Part shown: piece after piece, positions 37,401 through 50,168 of the stretch | Position numbering within the stretch: position 1 is the stretch's first letter | How the letters are laid out: the number at the start of each line of letters is the position of its first letter | Origin: Balanoglossus misakiensis | Lineage: Eukaryota; Animalia; Hemichordata | Reading direction: 5' to 3' | Length of the DNA: 64,000 bases | Assembly: GCA_040954595.2 (NCBI GenBank) | Contig: CM082576.2 | Coordinates: 1,772,760-1,836,759 of the forward strand | Notes under the pieces: generated by a model | What the model was told of the DNA's origin: nothing | The model's database searches: none | The model's input: only the letters and a program-made list of their open reading frames with translations | Program-made: the position numbers and the translations under genes

Positions 37401-38978
37401 TTTCATGCTTTATACATGCACAAGTAATTTCCTCGAAAAAGTGTTTTAGTAAATATACCGCCGATCTCTGCCGAATTTTTGACTGACTCGTTTCTCTTGT
37501 TTTTCGTCTTCTTCTTCTTAGTCTCTTTACTTTGCCCCTAGACAACTTGAAGCTGAAATAATTTATTGGCCGCGACCTGCTTGTTTGTCAGAAAATACGA
37601 CGGTTGTTCGGTTACGCTGGGTTCTGTTGTCGGGTAACAACCACAGAAAACGATGTTTAGAAAGAAACTCAGTCTTCTCACAAACTGGTTCTATTTCTGT
37701 CCACACATGCAATTTTTTATAACGGTGTCTGTTTACTATGTACTCTGTGTAATCTCCAAAGTGATAGACGCCAGGTATCACAGACATTGTGGCGTTTATA
37801 CCAATCCACACTACCAGGTTCTTAGCTCGGTCCCCTGTACAATCTCCTTGATATGGACTTATGGTTGAAGGAGGAACGCACTCCCCTGCCCCAATAAATA
37901 TCTCACCAAGATGACATAAGACGCAAATATTGTATAGGCCTACTAGGTATAATTCAGAATAGTTTGATTTTTCAGCTTTAATTTGACGGGGAAATGAAGT
38001 TGAAAGGAAATTTCACATTTGTATTGCACACGGGTTTTACAATCACAGGTGTTTCTGTTGTTTATGGAGTAACTTTAGGATTGACACCTGGCCGGCCCAC
38101 ACCATGCCTCAGACTACATGCATGCGCGTCACAAGCAGCAACATAAACGGGAACCCGTTTCCCGACATCGCGATTTGAAACAGTAGTGACTAGCCCCGAC
38201 TCGTTCGGGTATCGGTTTTATGTTTATTTCTCAACTGTGACAACTTTGTTATATAACATTTCGTTTACCAACCGAAGTTCAAAGTACCGCTGAGACTTTT
38301 ATCGGTTTGCCTTGGCACCCCGATGGGGATGACGTGAAACGCTGATTATTTGACGTGTGAAATCGATGCCGGATTACGTTTTCAGAAAAACACAAGAAAG
38401 CAATGCAAACAAATGTGTCTTCAAGGAAATTTATTTGAAATTAAAAAAAAACGACGAAAGTAATAGCAGCTGAAGCTGTATTGTTTTGCCGTAAGTTGAA
38501 ACCCACCGAAGTAATATGCACCGTGTTTTTTGTAGAAAACTAGTGAAGCGAGACATGGCTTGGACTCTACATATTGTCGACATTACAAATGCACGTTAAT
38601 TGACTTTCTCATTAAAACATTTCCTTTCGTTAAAGTTCTCTTTCCCTTCTTTTGTTAAATTTATCAGAAAGGCCATTTAATTAAAAAAAGGTTGGTCTGC
38701 CGTCTGCCACGGTGTTTTCATGCCAAACTGATTTGGCTAGATTTGTTGATGGCAACAGGTGCTCCACGCGCGTCTCTCGCGTGTCACTTCAATTGTTGTC
38801 ATAAATTATTTGTTTTGAAGACATCCGTAGACGTCCATTCGAAACACACCGTTTGCGTTAGACAATGTTCTGGAAGCATTCAACATACCTGTTGGTTTCG
38901 TTCAGTCCCCGAAACTTCCCTTCCTCCATTGGGTACGGTGGTACTATCTGACTGAACTGTATCTTCCGTTGACTCCAT
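32055..38978 (-). CDS. LRRC74A: LRRC74-like protein (RI-type LRRs plus a C-terminal EF-hand pair). First exon and last exon each have alternatives
   Basis: SGWDTDLE motif, YLEMCKEYGIVPVSYFLRH...MKHHGLGPLGTKAIAITL, LRRs LDLEDNCI, LDLSWNHLRRRGA, LSWNGFGNEGA and LDLTNNRITNEGA, EF-hands FDKDKSMSVSKEEF and LDKDKDGEIDYS. The start at 38978 (MESTEDTVQ...) is inferred from a phase-0 join to the exon beginning at 36759. Confidence 0.8.
34324..34479. repeat. (CATA)n microsatellite (~35 units) followed by (CA)n, intronic
   Basis: Directly visible perfect tetranucleotide array. Confidence 0.98.
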
Positions 38979-39163
38979 ACCACTTGCCGACCGAGTTACA
39001 CTATTCCATGGGCCAATGTAGCTGGCTACACTTTTCTTTCAATAAATCAAGTTTGTAAACGCGCTGGACATGCCACTGGACTGATGTAGTCACACTTACG
39101 TTCCACTCCGAAAAGTCATATGAATGACAAAGAACCCTCATTTGCATTATTCATATTCCACAG

Positions 39164-39176
39164 GTTGCTTGGTTAC
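39164..39176. promoter_or_regulatory. RFX X-box motif upstream of the LRRC74-like gene
   Basis: The - strand reads GTAACC-A-AGCAAC, matching GTNRCC(N0-3)RGYAAC, about 190 bp upstream of the inferred ATG. Confidence 0.55.
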
Positions 39177-39745
39177 GCAGAACAGATACGCTTGGCTGCG
39201 AACGCAAGCGATACATGCGTAGCCGCGATTTTCGAACACAGGGTCATGTAATGTTTTAGTTTTCTACTGCTTGTGTATATTGACATAAAAAAAGTGCACC
39301 CTGGAATTTACGTTCAGTGTGGATGTATCAATAATGGACACGTACCTCACAGTCCATGCCTTAATGAAGTTAAATTCGTATTGTATATATCGTTCACAAT
39401 TGATTGAACCTTTTGCCAGGACAGTAATCCCACAATTGGCAAGTCGTCGTTCTACAACAGAATAACCCAGGCTTTTTAATGTAATCCCAGTAAATACCAC
39501 GGACTAATCAATACTTATTTACTTTGTTTCGCCAGATTTTCAAAGGTCACTATCGATTCACGCAGTCCTCAGGGATGTGAGCGGGAACTTTTAACAGTGA
39601 AGTTGTTCTGAATCTCTCAGAAAAAAAGCCGGGTATATCCGATCCTATAGGGGTAAACCATGGCCCGCAGTCCCTATATCACATAGGAGGGATTGTGCAT
39701 GGCCATAACATAGCGCCATCAACTGCTTTGAATGGAGTAGTTATA

Positions 39746-39758
39746 GTTGCCAGGCAAC
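39746..39758. promoter_or_regulatory. Second RFX X-box motif
   Basis: GTTGCC-A-GGCAAC, a palindromic consensus match. Confidence 0.5.
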
Positions 39759-39919
39759 CAATAATGACTCTTTCATGCTTGTGTCACTTTGCGAAGAATA
39801 GGGAACATGCAATGGGATCAAATGAGCATTTTCAAATCAAGCCAAAACAAAAGCGAGCGTTAATTGTCATTGTGTGATAAAAACATAGGTGGAAAGGTAT
39901 TACCTAGCAGATCAATTAA

Positions 39920-40093
39920 AGGTATACAGTCACCTCCAATTTACATATCGCCATATATAGTTGAAATGGCGTATTTGAGTGTTCTAAAGAACGCTTTATT
40001 TTCGCGTGTGCCACCCACTGAAAATCTGTGATTGGTTAGATATCGATTTACCATGGTAACTGTGGCTAAATTTGTATAGGTGACCGTATACCT
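39920..40093. mobile_element. TTAA-flanked MITE with AGG...CCT ends (Kolobok-like)
   Basis: TTAA|aggtatacagtcacct ... aggtgaccgtatacct|TTAA, a 16-bp TIR with 1 mismatch. Confidence 0.8.
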
Positions 40094-41108
40094 TTAACCC
40101 CCCCCCCCCCTCCAAATACAATAGCACTTTTTAGCTTACTATAATCAACGGCAAAACTTTTCCTGACCCAGTGCTTGAAAGATTAATTAAGAGATTGAAG
40201 TTTCATAAAATTCATGAAAATCACACTTAGTGAAATTCAATTGAGGCTTTATTGTTCTGAATGTATCAGCATAAAACAAACCAACTTCTCTCAGAGAGCG
40301 AAATCTCGCCAGAATCTCGTCACACACCTATTAAGTGTAATGATACATTTGCACTTAAACAAAATTGTAAATAAAATGAACCAGGTAAAATTTTATGGTG
40401 CACCAATCTGTGTATACTTTGGTGCAAGCTTACTTACTCTTTAAGTATTGGTGTGTTCACCTTAAACATTTCAGATCTAATTCAATAAAACAAATTCTCC
40501 AGTTGTAAATTTTATCTAATGGTACTCTGGTTTATAAAGAAGTTTTTGTTCTATGTTATGTAAAAATGATCACTTAGATCTAAGTATTGCCTGAAACACG
40601 CACAACTTAAGTGACAGAGTACATGTATTTGAAAATTGTGAGTACAAATGCCACTGCTATGCACTTGACAGAAATGTATTATCACATGAACAATATTTGA
40701 AATCTCATGATATTGGTTTTGGAAAATAACCTCATTTCATAACTTATGGAAATCTCCCATTATTTCAGAACTATTTTTTGCCATCTTGACTAGTGGCATG
40801 ATATCTTACGAAATTCATGACGTAATGATGTGTCACTGAGTTATTCTGCACAACTATGAAACACAGATGTAAATAAGACTGCACACTTAAATCTCACATA
40901 TCATAATCTACACAAAGTAAATATTTCCACTATACTTTTTGAAATGTTTAACTCAAAGCTATCTTCCTCTTTCATGTTCACACTTGAACATCCATTCAGC
41001 ATGACCTTTTTGTCTTGCTGAAAGTTTGGCATAACTACCGTATAGCTGCAAAAATATTTCATTTCAACCATCTTGTGATCTACTCGTTGTAGATTAAACC
41101 TTCTTCAA

Positions 41109-44100
41109 TCAAACCATTCCAAATCCCTCTGATCCTTCATTTATAGCCAGAGACAGCGATCTCTGAAGCTGTTCCAGGTCATCATATATTGGGAGGCATA
41201 ACTGGTTGAAACTAAATGGAAAAAAGACAATGTGAAAGTTTGGACAGACAAAAAAAAACAGACTTTTCCAGCACAAGTTGCAACAAACTCATCATTTGTT
41301 ATATGGTGTGGTAGGTCTTGGTTTGAATCCCACAAAACACAAACAAACAAATTGCTTACCATGTATGAGCAGTGGGTAGATTGCCATAACTTGGCACTGC
41401 ACTGATTTGAAATTTCGGCACAAGTTCAGAGAAACCCTCTGGGGGTAGCTGGGAACAACCGGTTGTGAATTGCAATAATCTTGCCATTTCATCTTGTGTG
41501 AAACCAGCAACAACTGTCCAGAACCAGCCAACAACCTGACGAAAGATTCAAAATAAAAATATCATAAAAAAACGTCACAACATGGCTTGTTTATTCTTTT
41601 ATGTCTTACAAGTGAAATTTGAATGTTTTTCCAGTTTTGAATAAAGTTTTCTGATGAACACTTAACGGTTTTCATCAAAACACCAACTTTAATTGCACCA
41701 CCCCCTATCATGTTAGATTGGTATGAACCTGTTTAGTTATCATATGGCTCAGGTCAATGGTTACTATGGAAATGACACACATTGACTATACCCACTTTGC
41801 TGAATTCACTGCCACCACCAGAATTGATAAGACAGTTGCTCTTGAAATCTTCCAAGTCAAATGAACTTGAACCACACATGAGTAACTCCAACTCATTCTC
41901 ATCAAATATACTGAGAAGGTGATCTGGTATGATGTCATTCAATCCTGTGATTGGTGGATGTAGGGAGAGACAGAAAGACAGATGAGGTGCTTATGTTTAA
42001 TAATAACGTCTTTTTGACAACGTGAACACAGTTACATGGCTGCTTGGAACTTAATTGAAACTATACATATTTGTTTCTAAGCCAGTAAAATTAATGATAA
42101 TACCAGGTGTAAACTTCATACCTTTTAGGAAATATTCAATTCCTTCTTCTGCACTCTTGCTGAATTTATACTGTGCTAATGCATCTAAATATTGCATCTT
42201 AGTTTCATTGGTGACTGGAATATTTGTGCCATCTGGTATAAGGTCTACTATCTGTTAATTAAGAGAGCACACAAGGCTGAAACGTCTACCATGGGAAAAT
42301 GATTTTTGAAAAACACATACAATAGTTAGTGGAGGAGACAAAAATGTTCGTGATGGAGTCTATGTCAAACAAAAGGAATACTCAGAAAGTACTTACTCTC
42401 TCCACTTGACCAGACTCATCATACTCTTCTTCTGCAAACACCAAATCCAAATCATTCACATCATTCTCCAGAATGTATTTGATCTTGGTAACATATGTGT
42501 CTGGATCATCTGTCTCAAAATACTAAAAAAAATGATACAATGGTTACCTGCCTATCAGTGAGCATTACCAATTGGAATACAAGTCTTTGAGTGTGTCAAT
42601 AAAAAAAAAACAGATTGAATGCAGCCAAGGGAAACTGCTCTATGACCATTTTCAAAGGATATATTTCCCTGTGATAGTGAATACAGTTAATTTAACATTG
42701 AAGACAAGGCAGTGGGAATATGTGCTTTGGGGATTTTCTGGGGTTGACCTTGCAAAGAACAGAAATACAAACCTGCATTTACCTTATAACTAACTCTCAA
42801 GCCAATCAATTGAGCAAGGAATGATCTTGTGAACTTTGCTTTGACCAGCTGTCTATAGCCTTGTCCAAGAGAGGATTCATACAGACATTTCCCAACCATT
42901 TTACCAGCAAATTCATAGTATTTTACTTTGGAGTCTCGTCTGGGGTTTGGATGAACCTGTCAATAGCAAAAATATCAACTACATACTCCATGTCTTGCAA
43001 GGGATGTTTCACTGAGTGAGAAGGGTCTAAAAATGTCTATTTTTCACAAAGAGGTTCAAAATACGAGTCTACACTGAGGGTCTGTGTAGTGATGAAAGAG
43101 GTTCAACTCTCTATCATTCAATTTAACATACTTACAAGTGCCTGGTTATCATCTTTAAATCTCTTGAAAAAATGATTTTCTGGCGAGAAGAGAGCTTGGC
43201 AGACAAGGCCACACCATTCCCTACGAACACCACCCCAGTCTAATCCCTCTTCTCCTACAAACTCTATTTCAAAATTCTTAAACCAGTCTGAAGTGGAGAA
43301 GTGTTTCGTTGCTTTCATCGACTGTAAACAGGATTGAACATTGCATTATTCAATCTATGCAAAGTACATTCAGGCTTGGCCCCTTCAAAATCTAACTCTA
43401 CAAACACCCTGTGGGAAACCGCCCAACTTTACAAGTGAAAACAATGGATTTGGACAAAACAATAAGAATGTGACTGGGTAGTACTAGATAAATACTCACA
43501 CTTTCTAGTAAATCACATCTCTTGATAGTAAGTGTCACCTTGGATCGACTTCTTCTACTGTAAAGAAGTTGTATTTCTTGAAAGAAAAACTCCTGTTTAT
43601 CATGGAAAGTTTCAGAACCACCTGAAATAACAACAAAATGTTAATGTTTTTACACAGAACAGTTATGCAAATAGATACAGCTAGAGCAGAGTTTGATGTT
43701 ATAAACTTTCTTATAAAATACTCACCAATATTTTTCAACAGGAAATGTGTATATGTAGCAGCCAGAATATCTCTCTCTTTGCTTGCCAGATCAATTGGTG
43801 GTTGTGCTCCATCATCAATGGTGAACATAGGATGTCCGCATTCATTGTTGACACCACCAAACTGAAACTGGTATGATTAAATGCAATCAGATGATGATGG
43901 TGATTTCACTGATCTAAGTCTGTGCATTACGGGAATTTTCAACGAAATACATGAACAATGCCAAGCATTTTATACTCTAATAAACTCCAACACTAATAAA
44001 CAAATACCAACAATAGTTGTGGTGGTTAATTCAGTTGCCATAGTAATGGCCACTAACCTTGGTAGATGGACACACTCGAAATGTATACAGTCTTTTAGGA

Positions 44101-47100
44101 ATAATCTTTAAGTAGAATTCTTTAATGGTAAGTTGCCTTGGTGATAAATAACAATAGACTTTTCTTGGACGCCGATATATCTGATTGCCAGTTCCGCGTA
44201 AGTGAGCTTCATACCAAATATTGAAATTCTTCTTGGCAACATTTTTCTTAACTTTAGCAGCATCAGTAGCTAATGGAATAAATGATACAATTTTTAAAAA
44301 TTAGAAATTCAAAGAAATGACAATACATGTACTTTCGATTTACTGATCGTACAATAACATATTAGTAACATGAGACGAGAAATGGAGCATTACTTACCAC
44401 TTATTACAATAATGTTGAAATCACCATTTTTAAGTTTATGACCTTGGTAAGTAGCTGTGGCCTGAAAACATCCTGTATCTGGCATTTTGATATGCACCAT
44501 TATTTTATTCCTGAGTTCATCAGTCACTTGCCACACAGGTGAAGTGGATTTACTCTGACTGGCTCCTATCTGATAATGTAAAATCGTGATGTTTTTTTTA
44601 CTGAATAAACACATCACTGGAATTAGCCCATTACTGACAAAAATTCAAAGAAGGAAAAGTACAACACTCACCTCAGAAACCTGGATATCATAGTGACTAT
44701 CACATAGATTCAGTTTTTGATTGCAAACATTTCCAAATTCATCCCTGGGTTCAATGACCAGTTCTTGAATCTCTCTTTGAGTTACAACAATAGTTGAACT
44801 GTGTTGCAGAAATGATGTGTTGGCAGCAGAGACATCACCTGTATCATACAAAAGTGTTAACTTGCTCTTTGATTACCCTATTCCAATGTTATTTCAACCT
44901 CTAGGTCAGTGTACAGTTTCAACATTTGTGGTTATTTGGAATGATTCAAAACTACATTTTTGATTATACAAGTGAAATTAAGTTGAAACATACCTGGATT
45001 AACTACTTTATGAAATGGACTGTCTCTGATATGACCCTCTCTAACCATTACAGATATAATATAAGATCCAGCCTTGTGAACTGTGAAGGTCACTTTAGCT
45101 ATGTGAGGGGCTGAGTGTTCCTGGTCACCAATTTCAATGGTGGGGTTGATCTTGATATCACGTAGAGTAATGTGGACACACAGGTTATCTGCATCAGAGA
45201 TTGGATAACGTGTACTATTCCTACGATGGAACTGACAGAAGAGAGAGAGAGAGAGGCACACATTTAGACACAGCATTACTATACATCAAAAGCACTCATG
45301 CCAGCCTATACCACTGTCTTGTACTTTACATTGGATAATGAAATGTGGTCACCTCTTCGAAGAATATTGGAAATGATACTTAAGGAGAAATGGAGGCAGG
45401 GATATTCACGTATAAATACGTCATGGAAACAGGAAATCCTCAATTCAGACATGTAAAATGTTTTTCAATCTAATTTGCTTCAATGGCGATCAAGGAGTCC
45501 CAAGCCAAATGTTTAGATGTTTCATTACTAGATTACACTGGACCTTCCTTGAACTCTGTTGACAGAATTATTCGGTTTTGGCTGTAAATAATGATGAAAT
45601 GTCAAGACAAATTTTCAGACAGCATGTTTGATGGTAAAGCTAGTTAGAAGGAAAAGATTATGACATTCTACATGATGGCAATAAAAAGGATATGGGATTG
45701 TGCAATAACAATGATGACCTAACACACTTGAAGTGAACCCAGCACACTCTACTAAAAGTTCTGACATTTCATCTCCCATAGGCACGTTTCACTTCATTGA
45801 AATTGAGTCTGAAATAAGAAATCATCCATGGTTGTTTGAGAGTGGTTGACTGGCTGAGTAGTTCCAAGGGGAAAGGGGGAGAGAGGAATACTTCCCATGT
45901 TTGCCTATACGCATACGTGCGGCCCTTTGCAGTGTACGAATGCCACACACCAAAGCCCTAGGATAAGATTTCTCTCTTGTTAGGAAGCTAAAAAAGAAAT
46001 ATTGCAAAAACTGCAGCTATGTGTGGAAAATCTTCTATTTTGGTAAACACTTACATATATGTAGAAGGTCACCAGCTCTCCAACCACAGGCGTTGTCTCA
46101 TTTTCCCATTTGACCTTACACTTGGAGTGGTCCAGAAAACTACCAGTAATGTAGTTCAAAAAGCTTGTATTATGAGGTCTTCGAGTGACTGGTGGTGGCC
46201 TCCTCCCACGCAAAAAGTTGCGTAAAAAGTGGAGTACATGAACTGGATTATCCAGAATGTACTTGCAGCCAATAATTATTATAAGGAATGGTACCACCAT
46301 TGTTGTTATGGTGACGGTGATGAGGACTGTATCTGTGAACAGGTGAAATCATACATGTATTAGGAATCATCATAAATTTTCACAATGTTTTTCCAATTGA
46401 CAGCAGTTGAAATACAATTCAAGACCATAAAAATGAGACAGATCACAAAGGAAGAACTAGATAGATATAAGATGTAGTCTATTTTCTAATGCTAACAAAT
46501 AGTTTCAGTTATCTTATAAAATGTTACAAAGGATCAAACTTTTAAGTACAATTCAAGAGAAACACTTACAAAAACTCATCTTGGGTTTTCTAGTCACTCG
46601 CACATACTCCCTCCATGCTTCATTTCTAAAATTGAGACTGTTCTTTGCATATTGTATGTCTTTTAGCTGCTTCCTAAGTGTCAGGAAATCATCATAAGTT
46701 ATTTGCAATCTCAGAATGAGATCAAAATCATTCAGATCTATGTTTGATAGCTGAGCAAGGTTGGTGAAGCCATGCAATAGAAGTCTGTGGAGGAAACAAT
46801 ACACATACACACAAACACAGGGGTTGGTGAAGGTGGAATGAAGCAACATAAACTACTGAAGCAGTTTGTGTCAGAATCAGAAACATCCTCAACTTTAAAG
46901 GTCACATGAAATTGATGCTGGCAGTGTCAGCCTCAGCCTGACTACACATGATGGAATGAATATGCACATCTAATATTGTCCAAGTTACTTTAAGTAGTTA
47001 CTGATGTAGTTCACTTTTTACACCACATTAGATACCACTATTGTCATATTTATCCAAATGTGTGGATGATAACTTAAACTATGTGGTATTCTTTACTCAA

Positions 47101-47704
47101 AGTTTGAACACGGTACGTTTGTTGGTGTTCCTCAATTGCATGTACAACACACTTTACGAAGTGTTACAAACATACCTTTCTAAGTACTCTTCTAATCCTT
47201 GTCCTTCAAGCCATTCCTTCATCAAGACTTTATCTTCTAATTCATGAATTGCTGAATCAAGTGCTTTCTTTGCTTCATCACTGTATTTGTTATCTTGAAA
47301 ACTTGGATGAGAATGAACATCAATACCAGCAAACTCTTCCAAATATCTGTAACCTGTCACAAAATTAGGGTGTTAAAAACAGAAGTTGCAATGTGGACAA
47401 ACAGTTCCGATTGGTCAATTTTTTACCGCACACATGAAACAGGCAAACCACAGCACTTGTGATTGGTCAACAAGAACTCCATGTAGTGTTTTAAATATTC
47501 ATCAAATCATGAGTAACACTATTTAAGTTTTTTACCTGTATGCCAGAAAGCACTTTCAAATTCTGTTAACCCGTTGTCCTTCAACCATTCTTCGATTTCA
47601 AGTTTATTTTGGCGTTCAAAATGTTCTGTTCGCCTTGCCTTCCACCAGGAACACAAACATGATATTAACACGAAAATCAAAATAAACTTTCCTGAAATGT
47701 TCAT
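41109..47704 (-). CDS. AREL1: Apoptosis-resistant E3 ubiquitin ligase 1 (filamin-like repeat + HECT) with an N-terminal extension
   Basis: YITGSFLDHSKCKVKW, KVTFTVHKAGSYIISV, TIDDGAQPPIDLASKERDILAATYTHFLLKNIGG, and HECT motifs FVGEEGLDWGGVRREW, HLLSIFDENELELLMCG, LPTAHTCFNQLCLP, ending EGSEGFGMV*. Confidence 0.94.
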
Positions 47705-48164
47705 TTCCGACGTTGTTTAAATGTCATTGACATTATCTGATCGTTCACAATTCTGTTCACTTGGACTTAGTAGTTTTATGCGAAGCCTTCAATTTTTCAC
47801 AAAACTACCAGACTGAAAACGAAACCGAAACATTCAACTTTTCAATGCTGCATCCTGCACAGTCAGAGCGTCAGATCAGTTGTGCTTTGGTTCCGTCATG
47901 CGTCAAGATGGTCAACTCTTTCCATCTGTCTGTGTTATGTGTGTTGGAATGTATACAGACCACGTAAATGACAGTATCAACACCAATTCACTGCCGCGGC
48001 ACGCCACACCTCCAAGGTAATCCGTATGTACATGTACCAGAATTTCAGCAACTTCGTTGAGTGGATCGTCCAAGTCGCTTTTTCGGTGACCCTTGACCCG
48101 AACTTTTGTAAACTCTCGAGATATACGAGACAAGAACGAGATTCAAATACGCCTGAGATTCAAC
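47705..48164. promoter_or_regulatory. Bidirectional promoter/5' UTR region between AREL1 and FCF1
   Basis: Divergent ATGs 460 bp apart and CpG-rich. Contains the DR1-like TGACCCTTGACCC at 48087-48099. Confidence 0.7.
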
Positions 48165-49926
48165 ATGGTAGGTTTTGTCACGGTCACCGTGGTTGAGTGA
48201 TATAAATGTACCTAGTAAGAGTGTGTTTCCATTCACCCTAAAATGTGGGAAGTAATAACTGATGTAGTTATCCTTTGTTCGTTATTTACAGGGTAAAGAT
48301 AAAAGAGCAAAGAAGTATGCTGTTATGAAACGCATGATCTCCATGAGGGACCAAAGAATGTGAGTTCCTTATTTGTAAACGTAAAAAACACGTGTGCACT
48401 GCACGCACAGCCGCTTGTTTTCATGCCACGCTGCCGGAGACTGCGAATGTCATAGAAAAAGACGAACTGTTCTATGACACACGCAGTTCCCGGCGTGACT
48501 ACCCAGAAAACAAGCGACTGGTCGTTTATACCTGCAGCACAGTCACTATGGTCACGCCGGGGCCAACGCAACTCCATCCCTATATCATGCTAAGTCTGTG
48601 ATGGGTGGGAGATGTCATACATTTTTGTGTTCATGCAGGGCTAGAGCACTGTCTGTCATGGTAGCACTGTTACAGACATTCCCATCCAGATTTCAGGACT
48701 TTCTCCAGTGGTTTTCAAAGGCCAATAATATCTAATAATGTTAAATGTTGAATAATCCACAAAATATGTCTTATTGCAGAAAAGAAAGTGAACGACAGAA
48801 ATCAAAAGCCAAGAAAAAGACAGAGGATGGTACAATTATTGAAAGAGAAGTACCTCAATATTCATCAGCTTTGTTCTTCAAATACAACACTCAGCTGGGA
48901 CCACCATACCATATACTGATAGATACCAACTTTATTAATTTCTCAATTAAAAATAAGATTGATGTTGTCCAGGGAATGATGGACTGCCTGTTTGCAAAGT
49001 GTAAGAAAGTTTCTTATATTTAATAGAGTAATGATCTGTGATTTGATGGAGACTTGGTATATGTATAATGTACTATTGCCAGTGTGTCTAAATGTTGTAT
49101 ACATATTCCCAGTCACTGCATTGTCATTGTGTGTACTGAGTGATGTCTAAGAGTAACCGCTTGATTTTTTGTCTTGACCCCTTTTGCCAGGTATCCCATG
49201 TATAACAGACTGTGTAATGGGTGAAATTGAGAAGCTAGGCCAGAAATTTAGAATAGCATTACGAATTGCAAAAGACCCACGCTTTGAACGACTACCCTGT
49301 ACACATAGAGGAATATATGCAGATGATTGTCTTGTACAAAGAGTAACACAGGTGAGTCAAAAGAAGTGAATGAAGAAATTCAGTGTTTAATAGTGGCTGT
49401 CATTTTGTAGAGTACATCCCAGGGAAAACAACAACAACAATGCTTGTTTTACAGGTTGAAATTTTCAGCATACATTTAAATATGTAATAGATTCTCCAAA
49501 AGTTATCAGTTCCAGCTACAGCCCTTTGGAAGTTTGTTTGAGAAAAATTACATGTTTTATCTGGGTAATACAGTGAAACATTTGCCAATTCTTTTGCAGC
49601 ATAAATGTTACATAGTAGCAACCTGTGATAGAGATCTCAGAAGACGATTACGAAAAGTACCGGGTGTACCGATCATGTACATATCACAGCGCAGGTTAGA
49701 ATTTACCTTGATGGAATGTTCAGTCTTTAGCTTCTCAACAAAATGGAGATACTGCAGCCCCAATGCAGAAATATCACACTATTTCTGAAAAAAATCATGT
49801 AAATTAACTGCTCCTGATGTTTGTGTTTTAGAAGTTGTACATTTCAATAACTAGTGATTTCTGTTGTTTATTTACAGGTATACAATAGAAAGAATGCCAG
49901 ATGCATTTGGAGCTCCAAAAGTATAG
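48165..49926 (+). CDS. FCF1: rRNA-processing PIN nuclease FCF1/UTP24. Exons 48165-48167, 48292-48359, 48780-49000, 49191-49351, 49600-49694, 49878-49926
   Basis: M|[102 protein letters not shown]. Confidence 0.96.
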
Positions 49927-50075
49927 TTTTACAGCACAAAATGTACATCCTGAGAGATGATATAGACATTAAATATGCATTTTCACAAACCATTGCAAAC
50001 GTTTTACAAATTTGCCACTGTCAGTTTAAAGAGACTCATGGTCATGGAATATGAAAATACCATCTTTGATAAACT

Positions 50076-50168
50076 CAATCTGATTTAAATCAGATATAGG
50101 GTACGGCGACATATTTTACTTGAACGGTGAGAATACCACGCAAGTAAAAGATGTCATTGTACCCTATA
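50076..50168. mobile_element. Second, truncated copy of the 31198-31324 MITE family
   Basis: caatctgatttaaatcagatatagggtac...gacat...ttacttg and caagtaaaagatgtc...gtaccctata form a hairpin and align to the 31.2-kb element. Confidence 0.65.

Noticed and set aside
39022-39119. Extra upstream LRRC74 coding exon (MTFRSGT) joined through a 78-nt intron
   Set aside because: The frame fits, but the acceptor is purine-rich and the intron is short for this locus. Not supportable without reads.
45867-45945. G-rich stretch resembling the end of a dispersed repeat in an AREL1 intron
   Set aside because: No matching second end or TSD is visible, so it is too degenerate to call.
48360-49190. Intronic snoRNA in the ribosome-biogenesis gene FCF1
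   Set aside because: No clean box C/D pair with a terminal stem, and no H/ACA architecture could be read by eye.
49191-49200. GTATCC resembling a U12 donor in FCF1
   Set aside because: It is the start of exon 4 (T|GT ATC CCA = C-I-P), directly after an AG acceptor.
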